DNA of 64,000 nt from Cyanobacteria bacterium P01_F01_bin.150 (lineage in GTDB: Bacteria > Cyanobacteriota > Cyanobacteriia > CAKZMO01), in contig JBCCYL010000021.1 in assembly GCA_039189765.1 (NCBI GenBank), positions 1-64,000 on the forward strand, in the 5' to 3' direction. Shown piece by piece: positions 10,409 through 21,300 of the stretch; within the stretch, counting starts at the first letter, position 1, and each line of letters begins with the position of its first letter. The translations under genes and the position numbers were made by a program. A model generated the notes under the pieces. That model was given only the letters and a program-made list of their open reading frames with translations, did no database searches and was not told where the DNA came from.

Positions 10409-11506
10409 TTAAAACTTAACAGAAACGTGAATATTCCCGGAGAATAATAATCGGGCGGTTCTTACTACCCCTGCTCTTTGAATGATTGGCTCGTCGGTCT
10501 TTATCGTTTCTGATGGAGAATCCGCCTCCAGAATGACATCTAAGATGCCCAAGGGATGTTCAATCGTAACTGTTTCAAGTTGCGTTCCTTCAATATGGGC
10601 CAAATTATCGGCAACGGTTCCGGGAATCCAAGCACAGCAGGCAACGCAGATTGCTCCCGTCAGCGAATGGGCTCGATGGCAAACATGGGGCACAAAATAA
10701 CGGGACGTAAGGCTTCCTCGATGACGGGGAGGGGCAATAATGCCAAACTTGGGAATAACGCTGTTGGAGACATCCCCTAGACCCATTCGATCGCCCCCAA
10801 TGCGGCGAATTTGCTCCAGCCGCGTTAGAAACTCCCGATCCGCATCCAGTTCCGCTTTGGTTTCATATCCCGTTTTGCCTAAGGCCGTTGCTGGCGCAAT
10901 CACCATCGGCATGGCGGCATCAATGCAGGTGACGGGAACTCCATCAATATCTTCAGCCCGTGCGCCTGTGGGAAACAATGCCTGGGTTTTAGCACCAGCA
11001 AAGTCTGAAAAGTATAGCCAAATGGGAGCCGCAGTACCGGGGACCCCATCAATAGCCTGTTTGCCAGCATAGGTGAGTTGACCGTTGGGGGTAGGTAGAA
11101 TAGCTTCGACTAACGTCTCCGTATTGACGGCTCGAATTTTGACAGTGGTTTTATTGGTATTCGCTTGGGGTGCCACTAAGCCGTATTCGATGGCGGCGGG
11201 TCCCACCCCCGCTAGGGTGTTGCCGCAGGTCGGCTGCCAATCAACGGTGGCCCGGCCCACATTGACCTGGGCAAACAGATAGTCTATATCGGCCCAGGGA
11301 TGGCCTGAGGATGAGAGGATTGCAACTTTGTTGGTCAGTGATGTGGCTCCGCCGACGCCATCAATTTGGGCCGGATCGGTGGCCCCCATGGCAGCAAGTA
11401 GAATTTTTTCAATGGTACTTCGGTCCGGCGGCAGGTCAGATTGCAAAAAGTACAGGCCACGGGACGTCCCTCCCCGCATTAATAGGCATGGAATAGCAGT
11501 CTGCAT
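10409..11506 (-). CDS. PrpF/AcnD-accessory family isomerase (4-oxalomesaconate tautomerase-like)
   Basis: MRGGTSRG, QIDGVGGATSLTNKVAI, catalytic CGN, IEHPLG, VRTARLL. ATG 11506 preferred. Confidence 0.85.
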   Translation of the reverse strand: MQTAIPCLLMRGGTSRGLYFLQSDLPPDRSTIEKILLAAMGATDPAQIDGVGGATSLTNKVAILSSSGHPWADIDYLFAQVNVGRATVDWQPTCGNTLAGVGPAAIEYGLVAPQANTNKTTVKIRAVNTETLVEAILPTPNGQLTYAGKQAIDGVPGTAAPIWLYFSDFAGAKTQALFPTGARAEDIDGVPVTCIDAAMPMVIAPATALGKTGYETKAELDADREFLTRLEQIRRIGGDRMGLGDVSNSVIPKFGIIAPPRHRGSLTSRYFVPHVCHRAHSLTGAICVACCAWIPGTVADNLAHIEGTQLETVTIEHPLGILDVILEADSPSETIKTDEPIIQRAGVVRTARLLFSGNIHVSVKF

Positions 11507-11578
11507 GGTATCGATGTTGAGCAAAGTCGTGAGTGACTTTAGCACTCCAACCAGTGACTGACAAGTTCAAACAAGTAA

Positions 11579-11601
11579 AAACCCGGCCATTGGCCGGGTT
11601 T
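11579..11601. terminator. GC-rich inverted repeat, possible terminator
   Basis: AAACCCGGCCA-T-TGGCCGGGTTT with flanking A/T runs. Confidence 0.55.
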
Positions 11602-11602
11602 A

Positions 11603-11866
11603 TCAGAGATCAAATAGCCCCCATGATCTCAAACTTTGTATTGCTGGAGAGAAAACTTTGTTTCGGTTCCGTTTTCTCCATGACTTAAGAATAGTAGATT
11701 TGCCGCTAAGAAACCTCCTCCATTTAGAACGATTAAGGGGTGGAGTTGATTGACAAGAACGAATACTCTGATCGGGTGATGATTGGAGACGCAAGCGATA
11801 AGGACTGATAATTTTGTGATCGTGGTCTGTTGCTGAAGTGATGGAAGTGCTTTGCGATCGCTCCAC
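11603..11866 (-). CDS. Hypothetical small basic protein (87 aa)
   Basis: ATG-initiated ORF that ends just before the inverted repeat; no recognisable motif. Confidence 0.3.
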   Translation of the reverse strand: MERSQSTSITSATDHDHKIISPYRLRLQSSPDQSIRSCQSTPPLNRSKWRRFLSGKSTILKSWRKRNRNKVFSPAIQSLRSWGLFDL

Positions 11867-11976
11867 CCATCAACGATTGCCCTCACCCATTTATTCATCT
11901 CCAAGAACCTGAGTAGCCAAAGTTTCTCAGTTGAAGCGTTTGACCAATTCTCAAGAGAGTTGCACTCACGCCGAAG

Positions 11977-11999
11977 TCCAAAATCCAAAATCTAAAATT
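11977..11999 (+). repeat. STRR heptamer (TCCAAAA)n overlapping the NLR stop codon
   Basis: TCCAAAATCCAAAATCTAAAATT. Confidence 0.65.
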
Positions 12000-14277
12000 T
12001 AGGGCCAGGGGGAGTTATGTTTGCTGCCATCTCCTGAATCAGTGGGTGGTCCGATAAGACCTCCTCCTGACCTGCCACCATGGTTGCTTTTACAAACTCA
12101 AACAGCTTATCAATGGTCGTTTTAACATGGGTATGATTATGTCCTAGACGCTCGATAAAAATGGATAGTGCTTGCAGATAGAGAGGTTCCGCTTCAGCAA
12201 ATCGATCGACATCAGTGTAAAGTTCAGCCAGATTTAAAGACGTGATAGCAACATTAGGATGGTCATCTCCCAAAGTTTCTCTATCAATCTCCAAGGCTTG
12301 TTGGTAGAGAGGGCCTGCTTTCTCGTAGTAGCTTTGCGAGTGATATAATGACGCGAGATTACTCAAGCTTTCAGCCACATCAGGATGGCGATTATCAAGA
12401 ACCTTACACCTCATCTCTAATGCCTGTTGGTAGTAGAGTTCAGCTTCCTTGTAGCGCCTTTGTGACCAATATAACAATCCGAGATTATTCAAACTGTCAG
12501 CAACTGCGGGGTTACAATCCCCAAATAACTCATGCTTCAGGTCTAAGGACTGCTGGCAATAGGTTGTTGCCTCTTCATAGCGACCTTGTAAACGATATGA
12601 TTCTGCAAGATTATGCAAACCGGTGGCCACATTAGGATTGCGATCACCAAGCAACTCACGACTCATCTCTAAGGCCTGATGGCAGAAAGTTTCAGCTTCC
12701 TCATAGCGTCCCTTCGAAAGATATAATCCTGCGAGATTACCTAGACTTTTGAAAACAGCGATGTTACGACCGCCGAGCAACTTACGACCCATCGCTAACG
12801 CCTGCTTGTAAAGGGGTTCAGCTTCCTCATAGCGTCCTTGAGCTTCATATAATGACGCGAGATTGTTCAAACTGGCGGCGACATCGGGGTGGCATTCACC
12901 AAGGCGATCGCGCACCACCTCTACACACTGCTTAGCCCAGGGCTCTGCCAACCCATAGTCTCCCTGGCCTTTATAAAATTTACCTAAGCCAGTAAAGATG
13001 GCCAATAAATCATTATCAGCAGCCCACTCTAAGCTATTGGCAATTACATTCTGCAAATGGGGCACTACTTCCCTAAAGGATTGAATTTGTGCCTGAGTGT
13101 TTGCCCACGGGAGCTGTTGGGCCTCCATCGCTAATATCTCACAGACTAATGATTTACGACAGGATTCAATCTGATGGGCACGAATCCACCGATCGAGCCA
13201 TCGCCACAGTCTTCTCTTGGATACCGGATCAACAGGTTCATTAAATTTATTCTGGGCATACTCTCGCACTATTTGATGGAGCTGATAGCGACCGTCTCCC
13301 ACTCGCTTGACCAAATGCAGGCGAAGCAGCTCCTCATCCCGTGTTTGGGCTAGCCGTTCAGCTTCCACATCTGCCATCGCCTGTTCCACCCACTGCCATC
13401 GGATGGGCGCAAGGCCAAAGACGCTTAGGACATAGAGCAATTCCTGGGGTAATCGACTCTGCTGGCCAATATCCTGCCAGCTTAAATCAAACGCCGCCGT
13501 CACCCCCAGCGATGCGGTCATATCCCCTGCGTTGTTAGCCTTAAGCAATGCCTGGGATTCAATTGACTGGATTTCCAACCGCTGACGCAACTCTGTTAAC
13601 AATAGATCGGGTTTTCGTTCCAAATATCGTCCCACCAGTTCGAGGCCTAGAGGTAAATATCCCAACCATTCGCAAAGCCAATCCGCCACCTCGGGTTCAG
13701 CCTCCAGCCGCTTTGGTCCAGCCAAATCTCTTAACAGAATCAACGCAGCTTCTGAGGCCAGCACGTCTAACGCTAGACTTTTAACCCCAGTGCCCAACTG
13801 GAGCCGTGTTGTGACCAACACCTTAAATCGAGCATCCGTTGGCGGCAGGTAGGGCTGAATGGCTTTGTAATCGGTGACATCATCAAACACGATAAGGACA
13901 TATCCGTCCGGCCAATTTCGCCAGCATGCCGCCACCTGTAGCGATAGCGTCTGGGTGGGATCAATGGTCATTCCCATCGAACCCGTCGCAAAGCCCACTA
14001 GCTGGGTGCCTACATCTGCCCCGCGACACGTCAGCCAGCACGCACCAGCAGGATAGACTCCACTGTCCCAATAGCGCTGGGCATACTGGAGAGCCAGTTC
14101 CGTTTTGCCAATGCCTCCCATCCCCTGAATTGCACTAATGGCAACCTGATCGCCCTCCTGAAGCGATCGGTGGATCTGCCCAAGCTTCTCCTCCCGCCCT
14201 ACAAATGTACGGGAACCACTGCGGGGAATATTTTGTGACGGCGTTATCTTTGTCCGGGCCGATGCAGACGAATCTAG
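11992..14277 (-). CDS. NB-ARC (STAND) + TPR-repeat NLR-like protein; open frame extends to 14277 with no ATG/GTG/TTG before the P-loop
   Basis: PSQNIPRSGSRTFVGREE..., Walker A GMGGIGKT, Walker B LIVFDDV, VLVTTR, GYLPLGL, YQLHQIV; about 7 42-aa TPRs (PDVAASLNNLASLY..QGRYEEAEPLY). Confidence 0.85.
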   Translation of the reverse strand, partial: LDSSASARTKITPSQNIPRSGSRTFVGREEKLGQIHRSLQEGDQVAISAIQGMGGIGKTELALQYAQRYWDSGVYPAGACWLTCRGADVGTQLVGFATGSMGMTIDPTQTLSLQVAACWRNWPDGYVLIVFDDVTDYKAIQPYLPPTDARFKVLVTTRLQLGTGVKSLALDVLASEAALILLRDLAGPKRLEAEPEVADWLCEWLGYLPLGLELVGRYLERKPDLLLTELRQRLEIQSIESQALLKANNAGDMTASLGVTAAFDLSWQDIGQQSRLPQELLYVLSVFGLAPIRWQWVEQAMADVEAERLAQTRDEELLRLHLVKRVGDGRYQLHQIVREYAQNKFNEPVDPVSKRRLWRWLDRWIRAHQIESCRKSLVCEILAMEAQQLPWANTQAQIQSFREVVPHLQNVIANSLEWAADNDLLAIFTGLGKFYKGQGDYGLAEPWAKQCVEVVRDRLGECHPDVAASLNNLASLYEAQGRYEEAEPLYKQALAMGRKLLGGRNIAVFKSLGNLAGLYLSKGRYEEAETFCHQALEMSRELLGDRNPNVATGLHNLAESYRLQGRYEEATTYCQQSLDLKHELFGDCNPAVADSLNNLGLLYWSQRRYKEAELYYQQALEMRCKVLDNRHPDVAESLSNLASLYHSQSYYEKAGPLYQQALEIDRETLGDDHPNVAITSLNLAELYTDVDRFAEAEPLYLQALSIFIERLGHNHTHVKTTIDKLFEFVKATMVAGQEEVLSDHPLIQEMAANITPPGPKF

Positions 14278-14703
14278 CTAATAGCTGATATTAACATTAC
14301 CCTTAACCTCCTGAAATACGGGAGCTTCAGGATTATTAATTAAAGTTCCAGAACCGTTGTTAATGCAAATGCTTTTACCTTGACTATTGTCAATATTGAT
14401 TTGCTGCTGAATCTCCTGGGTTAGGGTCCGCAACTCTTTCCCATACTCTGGATCCGCATCAATTACAGGCTGTAATATCTTGGCGACTTCCGCCAAGCCT
14501 TCATCAGAGCCATTTTCTGCCTTTGCCAATGCCAACTCTGCTTTGGTATTGCCCGTAAATCGTTTAGCAATCAGTGATCGTAGCTTTTTAACCTGCTTGC
14601 TGACCTGTAGATATACCGTTTCTCCCAGCTTCTTACTTAGGGTTTCAGTCAGTGCTTTAAAGGCAATAGAGGCAATTACCGTAGCTGTAATGGGGTCTGT
14701 CAT
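14278..14703 (-). CDS. Bell-like helical-domain protein with a C-terminal N/G/I/V-rich putative amyloid signalling motif
   Basis: MTDPITATVIASIAF...DPEYGKELRTLTQEI helical domain, then INIDNSQGKSICINNGSGTLINNPEAPVFQEVKGNVNISY*. Lies directly upstream of the NLR. Confidence 0.7.
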   Translation of the reverse strand: MTDPITATVIASIAFKALTETLSKKLGETVYLQVSKQVKKLRSLIAKRFTGNTKAELALAKAENGSDEGLAEVAKILQPVIDADPEYGKELRTLTQEIQQQINIDNSQGKSICINNGSGTLINNPEAPVFQEVKGNVNISY

Positions 14704-15394
14704 TGGTTTAGGCTTTTAAGTAATAACGCTCCTTCCGTTATCGCTCATTTATTACGATATTGACCACTGATGTCAGGATATTTTCATTTTTTATGCTCGT
14801 GCATAGTGTTTCTTCTCAGACTCTCAGCGTGGAACCCGATCTTTAATCTGTGAATAAGGCTTAATTGTGCCTCGCGTCCTGAAGGCAACTGAGGTGGTCT
14901 AACGATCTGTTTTTATTAAAAAATCGTTACGGTGTAGAGTGGAAGGCGCAGTCTATTCAGCAATAATTTGTTGCCAAATATCCGAGAACAGCCGCCTGAT
15001 CCCATGAGGCTGACCAATCCTGTCATAATTAGAAACTGGAGCATCGACCGAGATATAGGCAAAGACATAGGCAAACCAATGAAGAATCGAAGGAGAATCC
15101 GCGATCGCCATCCCCACACTGCTAATGGACGTTTATCTGAGGACGGCATCCATATTGATCATGGAGCATGTTTTGAGGTAGAGACCAATACTTATCCAAA
15201 GCTGGATCTTCAAGACGATTATCGTATTGAACGGTTAGCCTCTCCCTGCTTGTCCGTGCCCCTTCCGTCCTCCTTATCTGGCATCCTAACTCTCTAGTCC
15301 GCCTATTTTTCTTCTCGACTCGTTAATTTGCGCTACCGTTAAATTCTCGACCGAAGACGTTGGTCCTTCCCGATCGCTATTGCATTCAAATATT

Positions 15395-18300
15395 ATGCAC
15401 GAATTTTCTACCCTAGTTGAACTGTTACGCTATCGTGCGCAACATGATCCGCATAAAACCGTATTTACATTTTTACGTGATGGTGAAATCGAGGCGGAGG
15501 TGTTGACGTACCTGGAGCTCGATCGGCGGGCACGGGCGATCGCGGCCAAGCTTCAGTCTATCGGTGCGGAAGGACAGCGGGCACTGCTTCTTTATTCGCC
15601 AAATCTCACCTTTATTACGGCATTCTTGGGCTGTCTCTACGCAAAAGTCCTAGCCGTTCCAGCCTATCCTCCTCGCCCCAATGCGACCATGAAGCGCTTA
15701 CGGTCAATGATGACCGATGCGGGAGCAACGGTCGCGTTGACCACCCAGCAGCTGTTGGGCAATTTTGGCAAGCTGCTGGATAACAATCCTGACTTTGCCA
15801 ATCTCAATTGGGTAACAACTGAGGGTTTAACTCAAGAACCCACGATTGACGGTTGGGCCTCCAGTTGGAAACCCTCCTCTATTTCTCCCAATGCCCTAGC
15901 ATTTCTGCAATATACCTCAGGGTCCACTGGACTACCTAAAGGCGTTATGGTCAGCCATGGCAATTTAATTCATAATGCCAAGGCCATTCAGGAACGATTT
16001 AATGATACGTCTAGAAGTCTTGTTGTATCATGGCTACCGCCTTACCATGACATGGGACTCATTGGCGGTATTCTCCAGCCTGTTTATTTCAATATGCCCG
16101 GTGTCTTGATGGCTCCGGTCAGTTTCTTGCAGCGTCCTTTCCGCTGGCTACAGGCTATTTCTAGCTATCGCGGCACAACCAGCGGCGGACCTAACTTTGC
16201 CTATGACCTGTGTCTACGTCAGGTAACCCCAGAACAGCGGGATACGCTGGATTTAAGCAACTGGAGTCTGGCCTTTTCGGGCGCAGAACCGGTTCGAGCT
16301 GAGACGATTCGGCAGTTTACCGAATACTTTGGTCCCTGTGGGTTTCGTCCTGAGGCGTTTTATCCCTGCTATGGCATGGCGGAGGCGACCCTGTTTGTCT
16401 CTGGATGCGATCGCACTCAAACGCCCACCTGCACCATCGTTGATGGAGCGGCACTAGAGCAAAATACGGTGGTGCCCAGTGAGCCAGATAGCCAGCAAGC
16501 TGCCATCCAAGCTGCTATCCGAGCTGATAATGAGGAAGGGATCGATCGCCGTCAGCTTGTTGGCTGTGGTATCCCCTCCACATCCCAACACATCCGTATT
16601 GTTGATCCCTCCACCCTTGAACCGTGCCCCGATTTAGCAGTGGGAGAAATTTGGGTGTCGGGTCCCAATGTGGCTCAAGGCTACTGGAATCGACCTCAGC
16701 AAACGGCTGAGACCTTCCAGGCTAAAATCCTCGCCACTGGAGAGGGGCCATTTCTCCGTACGGGGGATCTGGGCTTTATAAAAGACGAAGAACTATACGT
16801 TACTGGCCGTCTAAAAGATTTAATTGTGATCCGGGGGCTAAACCACTATCCCCAGGATATTGAGGCAACGGTGGGAGAAGCCCATGAGCAGATCCGATCG
16901 GGCCAGGGAGCCGCCTTTTCCGTTGATGTTAAAAATGAAGACGGGGTCCGGGAAGAACGGCTGGTGATCGTTCAAGAAGTCAAACGAACGGCTTTGCGGC
17001 GATTAAAAACCGGCGAAATCGTAACAGCGATTCGACAGGCCGTCTCCCAACACCATGCCTTACAGACCTATGCCGTAGTGCTGCTAAAAACCGGCAACGT
17101 ACCCAAAACCTCCAGCGGCAAGATTCAGCGCCACGCCTGTAAGAGAGGATTTTTAGACAATAGCCTTAAAGTTGTGGGGCAGTGGAGAGAAGGAGAACTA
17201 AAGGCAGAAGGCAGAAGGCAGAAGGCAGAAGGCGTGGGCGAGATCCCGTCCAAAATCCAAAATCTAAAATCCAAAATCCAAAATCCTCTCAATGATGCCC
17301 TGCGGCTGTCGATTAATACGTCCAATGAGGCTCGTCGGCGTTTGCGGATTCCTCAAGCTGGGGCGATCGCGTCTATCCAAACTTGGCTGATCAACCAGGT
17401 GGCTCGGATGCTGAAGGTGACGCCGGATATGATTGATATTCATGAGCCGCTGGCTCGCTATGGGTTAGATTCCATTGCGGCGGTGCGATTGTCGGGGGCG
17501 TTGGAGGATTGGTTGGGGCGATCGCTGTCTCCGACCCTGGCGTATGACTATCCGTCCATTGCGGCGCTGTCAAAATATTTGAGTGCGGAGCCTGATGCCT
17601 TGGCGACCGAGGCGGAACTGGTGCGTCAGTCATCCCAGTACAAACGTCGTATTAGTGATGAGGCGATTGCTATTGTCGGCATGGGCTGTCGCTTTCCTGG
17701 GGCGAATAATCCGGAGGAGTTTTGGCAGTTACTACGGGAGGGCCGGGATGCCATTACCGTGCTGGATGAGGGCGATCGCTGGTCCGGACATCGGTCGGCT
17801 AAAGTCGGGGGATTTTTAAGTCAGCGGGTGGATGAATTTGACCCCCAATTTTTTGGGATTTCTCCCCGTGAGGCAAATCGTATGGACCCCCAGCAGCGTC
17901 TGTTGCTGGAGGTCAGTTGGGAAGCCTTGGAGCAAGCAGGAATCGCGCCTACTCATTTGGCCGGAACGTCCACGGGAGTCTTTGTGGGCATCAGCAGTAG
18001 CGACTATTCCCATCTGCAAGCACGGGAAATGACCACCGATCCCTACTCCGGTACGGGTAACGCCCACAGCATTGCGGCAAATCGATTGTCCTATGTCCTG
18101 GATTTACGAGGCCCTTCCCTGACAGTGGATACCGCCTGCTCATCGTCGCTGGTTGCGCTCCACAATGCCACCCGGTCTTTACAAAATGGCGAGTGTGACC
18201 AGGCGATCGCCGCTGGGGTCAATCTTATCCTGTCCCCCGATTTAACCTTAACCTTTGCCGATGCCGGGATGCTAGCGGCAGATGGTCGTTGTAAGACATT

Positions 18301-21300
18301 TTCGGCGGCTGCGGATGGCTATGTGCGGGGGGAAGGCTGTGGGGTGGTGATTCTTAAGCGCCTCAGTGATGCTCAGAGAGACGGAGATAGCGTGCTGGCG
18401 GTGGTTAAAGGCGCAGCCGTTAATCAGGATGGCCGCAGCAATGGCTTGACGGCTCCCAATGGCCTGGCCCAGCAGGCGGTTATTCAAGCGGCCCTACAGC
18501 GGGCGGATGTCTCGGCAATCGATATTCAGTATGTAGATGCCCACGGGACAGGCACCGTATTGGGTGATCCGATTGAGCTAAATGCATTGAAAGCTGTCCT
18601 ATCCCAAGGGCGAGAGTCTAATCAGCGCTGTTGGATTGGGTCGGTTAAGACAAATATCGGTCATTTAGAAGCAGCGGCGGGAATGGCCAGCCTAATTAAG
18701 GTGATCTTGGCGCTTCAGCATAGTGAACTGCCGCCCCACCTGCATGTCCAGGAGCTTAATCCTCACGTATCTTGGGAGGATGGACCGCTGACGGTGGTAT
18801 CGAATCGACAGGAATGGAGTCGTTTGGATTCCCCTCGTTTAGCTGGTATTAGCTCCTTTGGCTTTGGTGGCACCAATGCCCATGTGATTGTGTCAGAGGG
18901 ACCTGTTGCCAATAACAGTGATAAGCACGACGCAGATAGCGCTAAGGAAAATTCCCAAACGGCTGGGCTACGGGCCTTAACCCAACCTCCGCCATTATCC
19001 GCTAGTCATTATTTGCTAACTCTGTCGGCTAAAACTCCTAATGCTTTGGCGGATCTCACGCAATCCTATAGTGATTTTTTAAATCGATATCCCGATGAGA
19101 GCTTGGCAAACATTTGCGCGACAGCTCACCTGGGGCGATCGCATTTTCCCCATCGTTTGGCAATTATTGCCCAATCGAATGATGACCTTGGCAAACAGCT
19201 TCAGCTATACAAAAAGCAGGAGCCTTCTGGGACCAGAATTTCTAATGAAATCAACCCTGGGGGGGCGCTGTCTAAACTGGCTTTTCTATTCACAGGTCAA
19301 GGTTCCCAGTATCCAAATATGGGATATGACCTGTACCAAAGCCAACCTGTGTTTCGTAGGGTTATTGACGAGTGCGATCGCATTCTTCAAACCCACCTAG
19401 AATATCCTTTACTCCACGTTCTCTATCCTGAAGAACGACGTAAAAAGAGCCATGAACGACCTTTACCTGAGGGCCTAATCCATCAGACTCGCTATACTCA
19501 ACCCATATTATTTGCGGTGGAATATGCGCTGGCGGAGCTATGGCAATCCTGGGGCATCTATCCCGATGTGGTGATGGGCCACAGCGTTGGAGAATATGTA
19601 GCGGCCTGTGTCGCTGGCATTTTGAGTCTGGAGGATGGTCTGAGACTGATTGCGGCGCGATCGCGTCTAATGCAGAATCTGCCAGCGAATGGAGCCATGG
19701 TTGCCGTTTTTACCTCAGCACAACAGGTGACTTCGATTATTGAAGCCTACGCTCAAACCAACGGTTCAGTTGCTGTCGATATCGCCGCCGTTAACGGCCC
19801 TGAGAATACGGTCATTTCTGGTGAGAAAGGAGCGATCGCCACTGTCACTAACGTTTTTAAAGCGCAAGGCATTACAACCAAACCGCTTAATGTCTCCCAT
19901 GCTTTTCACTCATCGCTAATGGCCCCCATCCTCAGTAGCTTTGAGGCGATCTCCCAAACCATTACATTTCATCCTCCCCAACTGCCCATTGTCTCTAACG
20001 TGACGGGAACCTTATATGCGTCCTCAACGGAGGAGACCACCTTAGAAACTGGTACAAACAATGGCAGTGCTAATCCAATGTGCTCCCATACCTACTGGAG
20101 CCGCCACATCCGACAGGCAGTCCAGTTTGCTCCCAGTATGGAAACCCTATTTAAGTCAGGCTACAGCACATTTTTGGAAGTCGGCCCCAAACCCACCCTC
20201 CTGACCATGGCCCAACGCTGCCAAGTAAAGGCAGAAGGCAGAAGGCAGAAGGCAGAATCGTCGGCCAACTCTCCAACTCCCCAACTTCCCAACTCCCCAA
20301 CTCCCCAACTCCCCAACTCCCCAAACCAATGGCTCCACAGCCTCCGCCCCAATCAGCCAGATTGGTCAGTGCTCTTAAAAACCGCAGCCCAACTCTACAC
20401 CTCTGGCCATCCCCTCAATTGGAATGGTATTGCCGCTGGACAGTCCGTACAGCGAATTCATCATTTACCCACCTATCCTTGGCAAAAGCAGCGGTTTTGG
20501 TTTGCGCCGCAATGGGATGTTCAGCCGTGGGATGTTCAGCCGTTGACAAATGGCCTTACGTCTTCAGAACAGGCATCTGTGGCCTCTAGCTCAGACTTAC
20601 TATATGGATTGGAATGGCGATCGCAACCCCGTCAGGCTAATGCCGCAAAACTTGATAGGTCAGGTACTTGGATTATTGCGACAATGGATGGCCAACCATC
20701 GGCACTTGCTGCTCAAATTGCCCATAGATTAGACGAACAGGGGCAAAAACAGCTAACCGTTGAGATTGGCGATCGCCCTGCTGAGGCGTTGGCCGATCAC
20801 CTTGGGACCATTGAAGGTAATATTGACAGAGTATTGTTGGTTGCTTCCGACAATGCCAATAAAAATAGCCCCAATCTTTTCCAACCCTGCCAAGCCGCAT
20901 TAACGCTGGTGCAGTCGCTAGTGCAACTAAGCCAGGGCGATCGCCAATCCCTCCGCAATTCAGACCCATATCCTAATCTCTGGATCATTACCCAAAATAG
21001 CGTTCTGATTGATGATCCATCATCGCAGGGACTCTTGAATTCCAATGAGGTCACTCCAGAAGCAGAGTTATCAGGTATAACCCTTGCCCAATCAACTTTA
21101 TGGGGGCTGGGAAAAGTTGTTGCCTTAGAACATCCCGACCTATGGGGCGGCCTTCTTGACGTGGAGGTAAGCCATAATCAACCGCCATCTGTAGAGGACA
21201 AGGTTATTACCGCTATCATTGACGACTGTTCGGATAGTGACGGCGAAAGTGCGATCGCCTTCCACCATAATCAACGCTATGTCCAGCGCCTAACTAGCCT

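Noticed and set aside
12150..13000. 126-bp-period repeats that might suggest an array
   Set aside because: They are coding 42-aa TPR units, not CRISPR repeats.
14119..14121. ORF-track start of the NLR at MGGIGKT
   Set aside because: This Met lies inside the Walker A motif, and conserved NB-ARC sequence continues 52 codons upstream.
14916..15297. Overlapping short ORFs upstream of ols (109 aa +, 77 aa -)
   Set aside because: No recognisable motif and they overlap each other; probably promoter or leader DNA of the divergent Bell and ols genes.
20156..20352. Antisense ORFs with GVGELGSW / SAFCLLP repeats
   Set aside because: These are shadow translations of STRR repeats inside ols.
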